Notes under the pieces: generated by a model
Databases searched by the model: none
What the model saw: the letters and a program-made list of their open reading frames with translations, nothing else
Told to the model about the DNA's origin: nothing
From: Microthyrium microscopicum
Taxonomy: Eukaryota
Reading direction: 5' to 3'
NCBI GenBank assembly: GCA_010405405.1
Contig: MU004245.1
Span: 499,256 to 563,255, forward strand
DNA length: 64,000 nt
Part shown: in pieces, positions 11,966-22,991 of the stretch
Layout of the letters: each line of letters opens with the position of its first letter
Position numbering within the stretch: the first letter of the stretch is position 1
Made by a program: the position numbers and the translations under genes

Positions 11966-13161
11966 TCACTTCGCACTTGCTCGTCTTGCTTTACCCGGTC
12001 GCTTTCTTCCGCCGGTGAATGGCTTACTCTTCATACCCTTTGCGGAAAAGTCGCGCATATCTGAAGTACTCTGGGCATCGCCACTCTTGGCATGTCGTTT
12101 CTTTCCGCCAAAACCATACTTCTCGTTCTTCTTTTGGCGCTTGTGATTCGTCTTTCCTTGATCTTTATCGCCTGATCTACTTGGCTTCTTCGACTCGGTA
12201 TCTAATTGAACATCGAACATGTCGTTCTCGTTCTCGCGCTCTGGGAGAGCATTTGATCGCTCTAAACACATCGATTAGTCTCTATGTCTTCAACTCTGAG
12301 GATTGGGTACTCACTGCGCTTCATGCTGCCGATCTTCTCCATCGTTTCTCTCTTCTGCTTGTCCCGCTCTTGCAGCTTCGCCACCTGTACCGCCTTTCCG
12401 AATTTCTTCAAATCGCGCTGTCTCCGTGCCTCTGCTGCACTCTTCTTGTTCGCCGCATCCTCCACCAGTCGTGCTCGCACACGGCCCATGTGCTCTTCAC
12501 TCTTCACCATCTCTGCAAAGTAGTCCGCCGGCCGCGCAAATGGTGAGCCTTCTTTTGTCAGTGCCGCGCGTGCTGCTAGCACTGCTGCCTGGCTTTGTGC
12601 GTAGAAAGCGAGTTCGCGTGTGAGATCGTCCTCCTCATCTTTGATTTCGATGGGTGCTGCGGATGTGATGGTCTGGTGGGCGGAGAAGGGTAGCGAGGTG
12701 AGTGGAAGAGCGATGCGCGCGAGAGAGGCGGTGAGGGCGGCGTGATTGTTGATAGTAAGGCGTTGATAGGGAACTACGTCGCCGCGGTCGTCTGAGGAGA
12801 GGGAAGCAATGTCGGAGTAGGGGATATCTTCTGCTTCTTCATCTTCCTCATCCTCATCGTCTTGTTCGGCTCCACCATTGGTGTGAGCAGCACCGTTTTG
12901 TTTAGCATTCAGGCTCACTCCATTGGCGTCTGCAGGATCTTCTGGCTCGTCGGCTTCAGAGTCAAAATCATTCTTCTCGTCTGCTGAGGTATCTGTGTCG
13001 TCGATGCGGGAAATGTCCAGCTCGTCCAGCTGCGGGGCGTCTTCGTTCTTTGAAGCGGCAGTTCTTTTGCGCTTTGCGGCTTGTTTTCGTAGCTTTTTCT
13101 GTTTTTCTAGCTTGTGATCGACACCTTTGTTATTTTCGAGAGCCGCCTTGAGTTTTCCCAT
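11966..13161 (-). CDS. EBP2: rRNA-processing protein Ebp2
   Basis: ATG 13161 (MGKLKAALENNKGVD). Motifs DDLTRELAFYAQS, RPADYFAEMVKSEEHM, RDLKKFGKAVQV. Intron 12314..12262. Last exon KRQKKNEKYGFGGKKR..KRPGKARR. Confidence 0.95.
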
Positions 13162-13399
13162 GTTTACGGTGTTGTGGTGGTTGTGAAGTAATTTGCGATG
13201 GCTGGCGCAAAAAAGTTCGAAGTTGCTAATATTTTTTTCGATCCCCACGTTTTGGAGAAGCGCGCGCTTAACATCACCCTTGCTTGATCTATCGTGCATC
13301 TTAAGCGCCTCGCCTTCATTGACCTTCTTACAACCTCCTGAGTTTCTGCATTTCCCCTTCTCACAATAGATTAAACACGATAACAAACGGTCGATCAGT

Positions 13400-13788
13400 A
13401 TGAGTGCCCTAGACACCGAGAAGAAAACAAAAGGGGCTAGTGTAGAGGTAGAAACACTCGAACTATCCGACTTTCGCAGGACGCTTACATATCTCACAGG
13501 CCGACGGACAAGCAGAGCTATCCGAAGCCATTGAGACGCTTCTCAAGACTGTGGGCGACAAATTCCAGAACATGAGCAAAGATATCTTGACTCAAAGTAT
13601 GTGATCATATCATTCAAAGCTATCCATAGCTACTACTACATGTTCCGGAAACCATTACCCTCCATGATATACATTGAGATCATATGCTGACGTTATTTTT
13701 TGTCGTAGTGGATGCCATGGCTAAACGTCTTGACGAGCTCGAAGCCCAGATAAAATCAAACTCCACTTCCGATTCAACCAACCAATAG
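13400..13788 (+). CDS. HSBP1: Heat shock factor-binding protein 1 family, 3 small exons (absent from the ORF track)
   Basis: Exons 13400-13447, 13500-13596 and 13709-13788 splice in frame to MSALDTEKKTKGASVEADGQAELSEAIETLLKTVGDKFQNMSKDILTQMDAMAKRLDELEAQIKSNSTSDSTNQ*, matching the HSBP1 pattern LL...KFQxMS..I...D.M..R.D.LE. Confidence 0.85.
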
Positions 13789-13793
13789 ACCGA

Positions 13794-14223
13794 TCACCCC
13801 ATCATCATGAATAACACCATCAATGCCATAATTATCCCGGCGCTGAGTGCCAAGGCCGAGTGTATTTGTCTGTTTGACGCAGCGGAGATCATGGGCGCAG
13901 GAAGAACAGCAGGCAATGCAGTGATCTGAGGAGGATTGAGTGGAATCGGTGTGGCGTGTGCCGGGAACGTTTGTGTGAAGGTGACCGGAAGAAAGGTTGT
14001 TATGGTACCGAGAGTTGTTGGAAACCAGTATGTTGTTACGCTTGGATATTGAGTTACCGGTGTAGAATGTGTGGTTGTAACCGCGACTCCCTTTGCTCTA
14101 TACACAAGTCAGATTGTTGAGCTTGTTCATGTCACAAGTTAGCTCCTGAAAGACCTACGCGAATGGCTCTGGGGTCTTTGTAACGAGTGGAACGAAGAGT
14201 AGGACGACTGATAGACCTGTCAT
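13794..14223 (-). CDS. Small Thr-rich secreted / GPI-type cell-surface protein, Kre1-like
   Basis: ATG 14223 with hydrophobic N-terminus MTGLSVVLLFVPLV. One intron ~14158..14098 (GTAGGT..CTGAC..TAG). Core QYPSVTTYW...TFLPVTFTQTF. Hydrophobic C-terminal tail. Confidence 0.65.
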
Positions 14224-14829
14224 GATGTATGCGTAAACGAACGAGTGTAATGGTTGATATTGTATGATATGCGGTAGAATTATTGCTTGATCTCAATGTC
14301 GCAGTCAAAAAAGCATGTAGTCAAAGATTGTTCGGAATGGTTGCTGGATTACTGGCATGGTTTTCATCAGAGAACCATCATCAGCCCACGGGTTGACAAA
14401 GGTGCCAGGCGCAGTCAACGTAAAGGAAGCAATATCGCAGGTCTGCAAGCAAGAGCAGCATATGTTTGTGTATCGACTGCAACACTGCACGGTTGCTACT
14501 CCTTGTTAATATCGAGCTCCAGGAATTTGAATGAAAAAAGGATGTTTTTCATCAATGTTCTTTTCGAGTACTCAAAACCACTATCGATGTGGTCTCTGTC
14601 CTGGAAAGCGTAAGTATAAGATTACGGTTAGAGCTAATACGTTTAAAAAGACCACATGCTCTTTTTCGGAGAAGATGTGAAACACCTATCGCATTCGACG
14701 GGCTCCATGGCGCCCGATCAGAAACGCATGTTATGGTCGTCATCAAGTGCGATGGGAAATCCGATCTTTGGCTTCGCCGCATGTCGTCAAGAAATGCAAT
14801 TTGGCACGGGGAATCTTACCTTCCGACAT

Positions 14830-15834
14830 TCAATCGTCATGGGTTTCTGGAGTAAGACAACCCTCCGACTCACTGCCTACCGTCACATCTTCATCTCCAT
14901 CCTCATGACTCTCGTCCGTGGGACTTTTGTATGAAAGGAGCTCACGTCTCATTGACTCCGCCATGGCTTCAACACCAACTTTGCACTGGGTGCAGTAATA
15001 AGCAGATCCCACTATTGATCCGTACTCTGCTAAATGCTTATCGCCGTCGATCTTGTCCAGATCGACGAAGCTATACCAACGGCAGTTCCAGCAGGCAGCC
15101 TTTATGTTTGCACGAGTCGGTATAGCAGGCATATCTGATAGGAGCATCGCTGTGAAAATTCGAGATCCGAAATCCATTGTGTCCTTGTGGCAAACCATTC
15201 TCAAGAAACATTTCGACACACTTAATACCGGCAGCAGCCTGATGCATTCTTCATCAAGTAGCTTGAATAGCAGGCTATGGGTTCCTCTGTCAAACTGAGA
15301 GCATAAGTGCTTGATGCAATCCACGAATTTCTGGATCTGCGGGGGGTCGAATTCGTTGGCGGTACTTGGATAATCCCATCCGGGTAGTAGGGCTGCAAAT
15401 AGGCAGACAAGTTCTTCCAAGATGGCTTTGACTAGTCCATCTGCTTCAAAAAAGTGTGCAATTCGATACTGTTCGAGAGCAGCAATGAAGTGATTGTCGT
15501 ATCCCCCAAGCTGGCCTATTTTTGGTAGAGCTGAGCCTCCGTACATCCAGCGCAAAGCAAAGTCGATTAGCAGCGGATTTTCCTTTTCGAATGTCAGCTC
15601 GGGCGCTCTTGCTGGCTAGTATAGATGAGTTAGCACGATATACCTAGCGTTTGCGTTGGATAGACTTACAGCTTGTGGGTAATCGTAAGAGCAAAATATT
15701 CTGAACCAGTTTGACTGACAGCAAACGATCACTTTATGGATTTTCCAAGTTCTTTCTCCGCAGGCGACCGTGAGGTCGCTGAATTCTACGTCGTCGAATC
15801 TCTTGCTAATACTGGACAGAGTCTGAGAATCCAT
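14830..15834 (-). CDS. BTB/POZ protein with C-terminal CxxC..CxxC (paralog 1)
   Basis: ATG 15834; FSDLTVACGERTWKIHKVIVCCQSNWF; phase-0 intron 15669..15616; CWNC..YCTQC. Confidence 0.85.
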
Positions 15835-16568
15835 TCTCACAGCTTCTGTATTTTGTATGCCGGTAAAAAGATTTGGCCAACTCATGCAAGCTATTAGTAC
15901 TACTAAAGCTGAGTCAATCGGTCTGACAGCTCGAGCTTTCAAACCTGTGGCTGATGAAGGGAGCAGATAAAAGCCTCTTCAGGTGCTATGTACAAGTAGG
16001 TTTGTAAATTCACTCGAACTGTTGGTTGCTTACGTGTCAGGATCCTCAGAAATCCTTGGTACCGGTGCCTAGCAAGGCGCCATGGTGTACCGTTACCATT
16101 GAAGCTACAGCTATCGTAGCCTTGAAACGAATCACATTAACGCTTCAATGCGCAGAGTATGATCATTTTTCAAAGGACAGAATTAGACCACTGGATTCTG
16201 TGACAACAATTGCTACTCCTGCAGGCGCAATTACGAGCACCCGACCCGGTCTCTGCACCTTTTTTCTAGCATTTGATGCACAGGTTGAAATACCTAAAAG
16301 GGCAAGCGGTGCACACAGTCCAAGAACACTTGGGGCAGCTGCGATGTGAGCTCTTAATCAGTCGGTGGACCGTAAATTGCTCGTCAGGCAACTGCGGAGG
16401 GACCTTCTATCGCACCATATATTCTCCAGTCTTGTGCACACGCTCGACGCCCCTCCTCTACTTTCACCAAACAACAAATTCGGCATCATTATCCTGAAGC
16501 GTCCCAATATCAGAGCACCAAAATTGGCCTACTGCTCACCGCTTTTCGAAGTCGAACCAAGGTCAGAC

Positions 16569-17624
16569 ATGGCAACTCGTCGGAATGAACAAGTCAGAAC
16601 ATACAGCGAAAATCTGGTCAACGTTTTTGACGATAGGACATTCAGTGACGTAAGAGTGACTTGTGGGGCAAAGTTGTGGCATCTTCATCGTGTCTTGCTC
16701 AGCGCTCACTCGCCGTGGTTCGCAGCAGCCTGTGGTGGCAGTTTCAAGGTATTCCCCATGAATTATAAAACGATCAATGAGGCCTCTCTGATAGATCGAA
16801 AACAGGAATCTCACACTGGCGAAATCGAAATCCATCAGCAGAACCCGGCCATAGTCGAGGTCGTGCTTCACACAATATACGCTGGCCCTTCAACCTGGAT
16901 TCCATGTGCAAGACTGGCAATGAACAGAAGCGATAATGACGGCTTGACTTTCTTGATCGATCTCTACCGCACCGCGAACTATTTTCAGGTGCATTGGCTA
17001 GAAAAGGAAATCGTGGCTAAATTCTCTGACCTCTTTCAAACTGCCTTTGTGGCCGCCGGAACTACGAAACCTGGTTGTGACGTAGTGTACCCTTCTCTCT
17101 CCCTCGTCAAGACCGACCATACAACAGTTGTGGATGGAACAGACGGGCCTTTCGTCGTTCACTTTGTAGAGGCTGTGAAGTACGCTTGCTCCGTGTTCGG
17201 CACTGACTCAAACAACGAACTGCTGGTATGCCTTCGTGATCTTTGCGTGGCCTCCCTTGAGATTTTGATATCTTCGAGATGTTGGGCAGTCATGGGAAGC
17301 GCCGAAAAAACATCAATCTTCGTCAATCGGGTTCTTCTAGCTTCCAGCTGGGGCTTGAAGCAACACAATACGGTTCGAAAATTCTCGTACAAAGGCACCT
17401 GCTGGATATGTGAGGAAACTTTAGAGTGGAATCCATCTCGACGTGATGTGTCTCAGGCACAAGTGCCTAAAGGCACTCACTGTGACGAATGCTGGGAATT
17501 GGCACGATCTTGGTTCTTCGATCCGCCATCCAATGCAGTTGTCACATTTCAGGAAGGAAACAACAAGGTCATGCACAATGAGAACATGGACAATGCGAAG
17601 GACAGAGATATACTTCCACATTGA
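16569..17624 (+). CDS. BTB/POZ protein with C-terminal CxxC..CxxC (paralog 2)
   Basis: ATG 16569; FSDVRVTCGAKLWHLHRVLLSAHSPWF; 57-nt intron 16749..16805 (FK|ES); CWIC..HCDEC. Confidence 0.85.
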   Translation: MATRRNEQVRTYSENLVNVFDDRTFSDVRVTCGAKLWHLHRVLLSAHSPWFAAACGGSFKVFPMNYKTINEASLIDRKQESHTGEIEIHQQNPAIVEVVLHTIYAGPSTWIPCARLAMNRSDNDGLTFLIDLYRTANYFQVHWLEKEIVAKFSDLFQTAFVAAGTTKPGCDVVYPSLSLVKTDHTTVVDGTDGPFVVHFVEAVKYACSVFGTDSNNELLVCLRDLCVASLEILISSRCWAVMGSAEKTSIFVNRVLLASSWGLKQHNTVRKFSYKGTCWICEETLEWNPSRRDVSQAQVPKGTHCDECWELARSWFFDPPSNAVVTFQEGNNKVMHNENMDNAKDRDILPH

Positions 17625-18231
17625 GCCAGCAAATCGTTCTCTCAATCAAGGAATTGCTGCAAGCACTAAGGAATTCCGGGATTGTAAAGTGTAGATACCC
17701 ACCTGTGTTAGGTACAATCGGCACAGAGTGAAACCTCATGGTATGGCAGGCTTTCATGTGAATGCATCTTTCAAACAAAGCTTTGTAAATCTGTGAGCTG
17801 GCTATCTTGCAACTTATGAGATAAAACATAATGGGTCGTCGCCCCAGCGAGCTTTCCCTAGGAAGCGATAATTGTATAGAGTATTCAAAGAGCTTCTTAT
17901 TACATGATATAATATCAATCTATAGTGGACTAGTGGCTCTGCCACCATTTCCACTCCTGTCAATTTGCCTCCACGCCAGCTAAGGTACTGGCATTGCAAC
18001 GCGCAAATAATGGACTTGCTTATCCTGTTTGCCGTCGATTGCGTCCTAGGCCATCTCTAGAGTTGCATTATTCACGATGTGTAACTTCGCACTTCAGGGG
18101 CAAAGGAAAATGCATTTCATTTTCAGGGGCACGCGATGAGGCGTCAAGTTCTGTTGCTCCTAGAAAAAACAGAGCACAAGCTACAGGCTTAGCGAAGGCT
18201 TCATATCGCTTTTGAGAGAATGACGTGTCGC

Positions 18232-19158
18232 CTATGAATGAAGCCACTCTCGCAAGATTGGCCAGCATGTGTTGCAGTAGTAGCGGGCTGGATCGGTCGG
18301 TGTGCGAGCTGATATCTCTGTCAAGACATGATCACAGCCCCAACAGCCTTCGGGTAGCTCCAGTATCTCCAAATCTTGACAGGCGTATGTCTCTCCACAG
18401 AAGTGTAGAGAAAAGACACGGCTGGTAAAGAGGGCTGTCTCTGCATCTTGACACAACTTCTTCCAGCACTTCGACACCATGAGAATTGGCAATTCGGGAG
18501 CGCAAAAATATAACAGTCTCTCAAATCGACGAATTACGCTGTCAGCACCAAATATGCCAATTGCATATCGAATACCCTCGACAAAATCTGCAACTTCTTT
18601 GGCATCACGAGGTCCGCCTTGATCTTGCAAGTTGGGTACAACGTACTCCAAACGCGACGCTCCAGTAGAGTACAACGGGTTGAGGTTTTGTTCTGCATAT
18701 TCAAGCATTACCTCTTCGATATAGCTTAGTAACCATTCGATCTGGAAGAAGTCTGCGCATTTGTAAAGATCTACCCAGATCGTGTACGGGTTGGAGATTC
18801 CCTCGGTAGCCAGGTTTTCGAATAAGTCGCGGAAGAGTCGATGGCTGTCATGCGCCTTATACATCATCTTGAGCACGACTTCAGCGATTCGAGGATCTTG
18901 TTCCTGAATAATGAACAATCCGGTATGGGCTTCCTGCGCTGATGTTAGTACCGGGGAAATATTCGTTTTGTGTTGTATAGATACCTTAAAGTCTTGACTA
19001 CACGCAGCCTCAAACACTGGCGAATGTGCGCTGAGAATGACTCGATGTAAGCGCCACGATTTGTCTCCGCATTTTACTGTCAAGTCGCTGAATTTCTCGG
19101 TGTCGAAGGTTGGACCGAGAGAGTGATCGAATCCGCTAGGCCGCTTTCTGAAAGGCAT
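18232..19158 (-). CDS. BTB/POZ protein with C-terminal CxxC..CxxC (paralog 3)
   Basis: FSDLTVKCGDKSWRLHRVILSAHSPVF; 51-nt intron 18984..18934 (FK|EA); CWGC..YCNTC. Confidence 0.87.
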   Translation of the reverse strand: MPFRKRPSGFDHSLGPTFDTEKFSDLTVKCGDKSWRLHRVILSAHSPVFEAACSQDFKVSIQHKTNISPVLTSAQEAHTGLFIIQEQDPRIAEVVLKMMYKAHDSHRLFRDLFENLATEGISNPYTIWVDLYKCADFFQIEWLLSYIEEVMLEYAEQNLNPLYSTGASRLEYVVPNLQDQGGPRDAKEVADFVEGIRYAIGIFGADSVIRRFERLLYFCAPELPILMVSKCWKKLCQDAETALFTSRVFSLHFCGETYACQDLEILELPEGCWGCDHVLTEISARTPTDPARYYCNTCWPILREWLHS

Positions 19159-20127
19159 GTGGGCGTTGTTTCAGAGTTGGATATAGTTGAATAGGATTGC
19201 GCTTGGGGGAAGGGAGATGCGAAGTGCTGGAGTTGTGGTGTGAGCTAAAGAATACAAGAGGGGACAGCGTCAAGAGAATTTTATATGGAGGGACTCTTGA
19301 GATCAAAGTAACAAATTGATAGTGAAAGGACTGGAGTGGAGACAAGAAATAGCTCCATCATTATGAGGGTGGAGTTCACTACCTCGAATCGCGAAGTGAA
19401 AGATGTTATATAGGCGCTTATGAAAGCATGAGCAGGCGATGTCTCAAATTTACCGCCTCGTGTTGCAGAGCGAAAGCTGCTTTATAGAGGACTTGCGGCA
19501 CAAGACACGATACACGAGAGGAAAGAGGAAAGAGATCGGATTCACGAAGCCTTCATTATAAGATAGAAAATTCAAGAGGGTTGAAGAAAGCAGTCCATAT
19601 CTTACTCCCATTAGCGGGCTTTGCCAGCTGCCGCGCTGCTACACTCTAACATATGCTCCTTTGTGTCTGAGAAGAAAGCGTGATCCGTTCAGCATAGCGG
19701 AAACAAAGAGGTTGCTGCTCGAAAGTAATGATGGCAAATGACTTGCTGCTACCTATGGCAATAGTTTATCGTCGGACTTGTCTACCAGTAGTTGACAGTC
19801 AACTTTGGTGTTGTCAATCTTAATATAAATGCAAAATCAATCGCAAAATCAGCGGGATATCGAATGTTATCAACTAAATCAATAGATAGCACAGTACCTG
19901 CTCAGTTCTAAAGGCAGAATCACGGATAGTAGGTTCGAGTCACTAAATACTTGAATTGGAGTATCAATAGTTTGTAGCACAGACGTATTCAATTTTTTTG
20001 ACAATCCTGGCACGTTAAACCATGGAAGCAGCTCATAGGCTGTTCGAAGCGATTCTCCGTTATCTTCTCCCACATTAACTTGATATTGCAGGGTCCATTC
20101 CGCTGCCAACATCGTGGCATCGATGCC

Positions 20128-21116
20128 TTAGTGTCCATCATCCATTGAAAGATTGCTCATGTCGTCAGAAACCTCGTCCGTAGCAATTTCAGCAGGTGCT
20201 GGAGCGGCCAACCATTGCTGAATGATGGGCAGACAGAAGGAACAATAACGTTGTACGATCTTTGAATCTTGGCCCACTCTGAAATCTGGCGCCTGCTGCA
20301 CCGCAAGCTGGCAGCTACAACCCCAGCACGCGTGCATGATTTGGAGTTGCTTGGATAACAAGGGCGTTGTGCTGCCCCAGAAGTATAGTGAGATCACGCG
20401 AGTGGTGAATAAGTGTGCTTCGACATCTTTCTGGAGATCATTCCAGCATCTTGACACCATCAGATATGGAAGATGAATCGCACAGATACCCGCGAGACTC
20501 TCGAGAAGATCTGTCTTCGTGTCTGCGCCATATACATTGATAGCGTGTTTCACACCCTCAACAAAGGACTGAACAGTGCGACCCTCACAAGGTCCTTCTG
20601 GAGCGGTTAAAGAGGGTAAAATGTGCTTCCAAGAGTAATCCTGGGGACTGAGTGCGGCCTCTGCATAGGCCTGGAGATCGTCGATGATTCCCTTCCCCAT
20701 CCATCCAATTTGGAAGTAGTTAGCGCATTTATGCACCTCAATCCATGTGATGAAAGGGTTGCGAGCAGGATGTAGATTGAGTAGCATATCAACAAGGATT
20801 CGGAGGTCGCTGGGTCCATGATACATGATCTTGAGCACACACTCGACAACTTCCGGGGCTTTGTCTTTGATGACGACTTTTTGGTTCTTGGCTTCCTAAC
20901 ATAAATGTTAGCTTATGATGCAGGGGGAATAAAGCCATTCAAACTTACCTCAAAATTGCCTGTGCATAGTGCTTTGAAGTATGGAGAGTGGATTTTCAAG
21001 GTGGACCGATGTAAGTGCCAGGTCTTGGGACCACATTCTACCACAAAGTCGCTGAATGTATTGTCCTCGAACAACTGGCCTAAAGCATCCTGGAATTGCT
21101 GGGAGGCGGTGGCCAT
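20128..21116 (-). CDS. BTB/POZ protein with C-terminal CxxC..CxxC (paralog 4)
   Basis: FSDFVVECGPKTWHLHRSTLKIHSPYF; intron 20948..20896 (FE|EA); CWGC..YCSFC. Confidence 0.87.
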
Positions 21117-22019
21117 TTCGCGCAGTGATCCGGAGGAGAATCTAGGCGGAAGATGACCGACTGGAAGACCCGTAGAATACGGCAGCTAGATGAAAGCAGA
21201 GCAGCCAGCAGGTTGCTGTTTGCTGCGCAATGAAGAGGTTGTTAAACAGCAAGCGGAAAGATGAAGATGTGATTTAAGCTGGCTAATCGGATGCGTAAGC
21301 AAAGACAAGGTTGGTAGTTTTGGACTGGTATATATGATCGGTGGAGGAGAGGAAGGGAACAAGTTTTGGATTTAAAGCAAGGTATTGGAGTGAAGGACTA
21401 CAGACTAGTGTGGTGTTATAGGTGAATATCAGCGAGATTTAACCGCTTCACCTCGCGAAATAGTTAAGGCGGCTTTTGATATCTCGAATGATCACCTCAT
21501 ACCGAATTCGGTAACAGTGCCGCTGAACCGTGGGAAGCAGGACATTCAGTAAACCGCCGACCTATCATGCTATCCGCAACACCGCTACTGGTAAGATGAG
21601 ACTTTGATGCCGTCGTAAAATCATCTAAACGGCAGTGATGGGGCTTTATTGTAATGGATGTCGTATCTTGGCGCTATAATCCAGTGCTGCGCCCATACAG
21701 TCTACAAACACCTGATAACCGAGAGGCTAGTTACAGTTTTACTATAGCCTGGCTATGAAACGAAGGAAAATGAGAGCTTGATTAACTCTAGATTTGAGAC
21801 ATAGTATCGACCTGATTGCGATCATTCTTCCCAGTAATTCGTGAACCTGATCTCAGGTTCAAATTTGACGTTGCACAAGGTACAGTGAAGTCGCCATCAG
21901 TAATTGATGTAAGCCTAGAAGAGACTTGAAAAACGCGACGTAAGACGTCGTAATCGCTGGTAAACCACTCGAGTACTTGTTGTCAACCCTCTCTACTAGT
22001 CCGTGATCCCATTCCAGCA

Positions 22020-22991
22020 TTACACGGTCAGATTCGCCAAAGAAGAAGAAATATCTTTGGCTGAAGCTCCACCAAGCCATTGCCGAAGAATCGGCTGACA
22101 AGTGTTGCAGAAAAGATAACGAATCTTAACATCTTCATCTCTTCTCTTCGAACTGAAGAACTGATATGCTTCTGAAGAACGTCCACCATCGCAACCCCAA
22201 CAACGGTCATAAATTGACAGAGTCTTTTTGGAGAGTTGATTGGGGGTGCGCCCCCACAGATGTTGAGTCATTACCAAATTGGCCCATGCGAATGTCTCCT
22301 TATCACTACTGAATAGTTGCCAGCACCGAGAAGTCATCAGGTATGGAAGGTGAAGGACGCATGAGTCCACAATTCTCGCAAACAACTCAACCTGTAAGTC
22401 CGGGTTGAGACTTTGAAAGGCATATTGTATAGCCTCGACGAAGTGATAAATGGTGGGCCCATCGGAGGGTCCTCCAGACGATCGCAGAGATGGTAGTATA
22501 GACTTCCAACACAGACCGCCTGCAACTGATTGTGGAGCAAGTTTAGCATCAACGAAGCTTGTAAAGTGGCGCAAGATCTCCTTTTCTATCCAGGGGACTT
22601 GGAAGTAGTTGGCACGTTGGTAGAATCCTACCCAGAGTATGAATGGGTTTGCGTTAGGTCTTGACTTTAGGACAATTTCGAACTGAGGCAGGATGTCGTT
22701 TGGACCGCGGTACAGAACTTTTAAGATAGCTCCGACAATTTCTGGGTCCTGGTCTTGAAGAACAATCTCGTTGTTGATATCTTCCTACTCCAGATTAGCT
22801 TACGGTTGGGTTGATACTGTGAGAAGAAATACCTTCATTTTGCTCCGACATGTCGCATTGAAATATGCTGACTGTGGAGTAAGGATGGAACGATGAAGTC
22901 GCCAGCTTTTGGGGCCACACTTTACGGTGACGTCGCTATATGTGCCGTTGTCGAACAGAGGACCAAATGCGTGTTCAAAAGAGTCCGCCAT
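22020..22991 (-). CDS. BTB/POZ protein with C-terminal CxxC..CxxC (paralog 5)
   Basis: YSDVTVKCGPKSWRLHRSILTPQSAYF; intron 22832..22785 (MK|ED); CWGC..FCNTC. Confidence 0.87.

Noticed and set aside
13162..13497. N-terminal extension of the 411-aa EBP2 ORF
   Set aside because: Starts at GTG, overlaps the promoter and HSBP1 exon 1; the true start is most likely ATG 13161.
16365..16568. 68-aa extension upstream of BTB paralog 2
   Set aside because: Starts at GTG, and the other paralogs begin just before the BTB domain.
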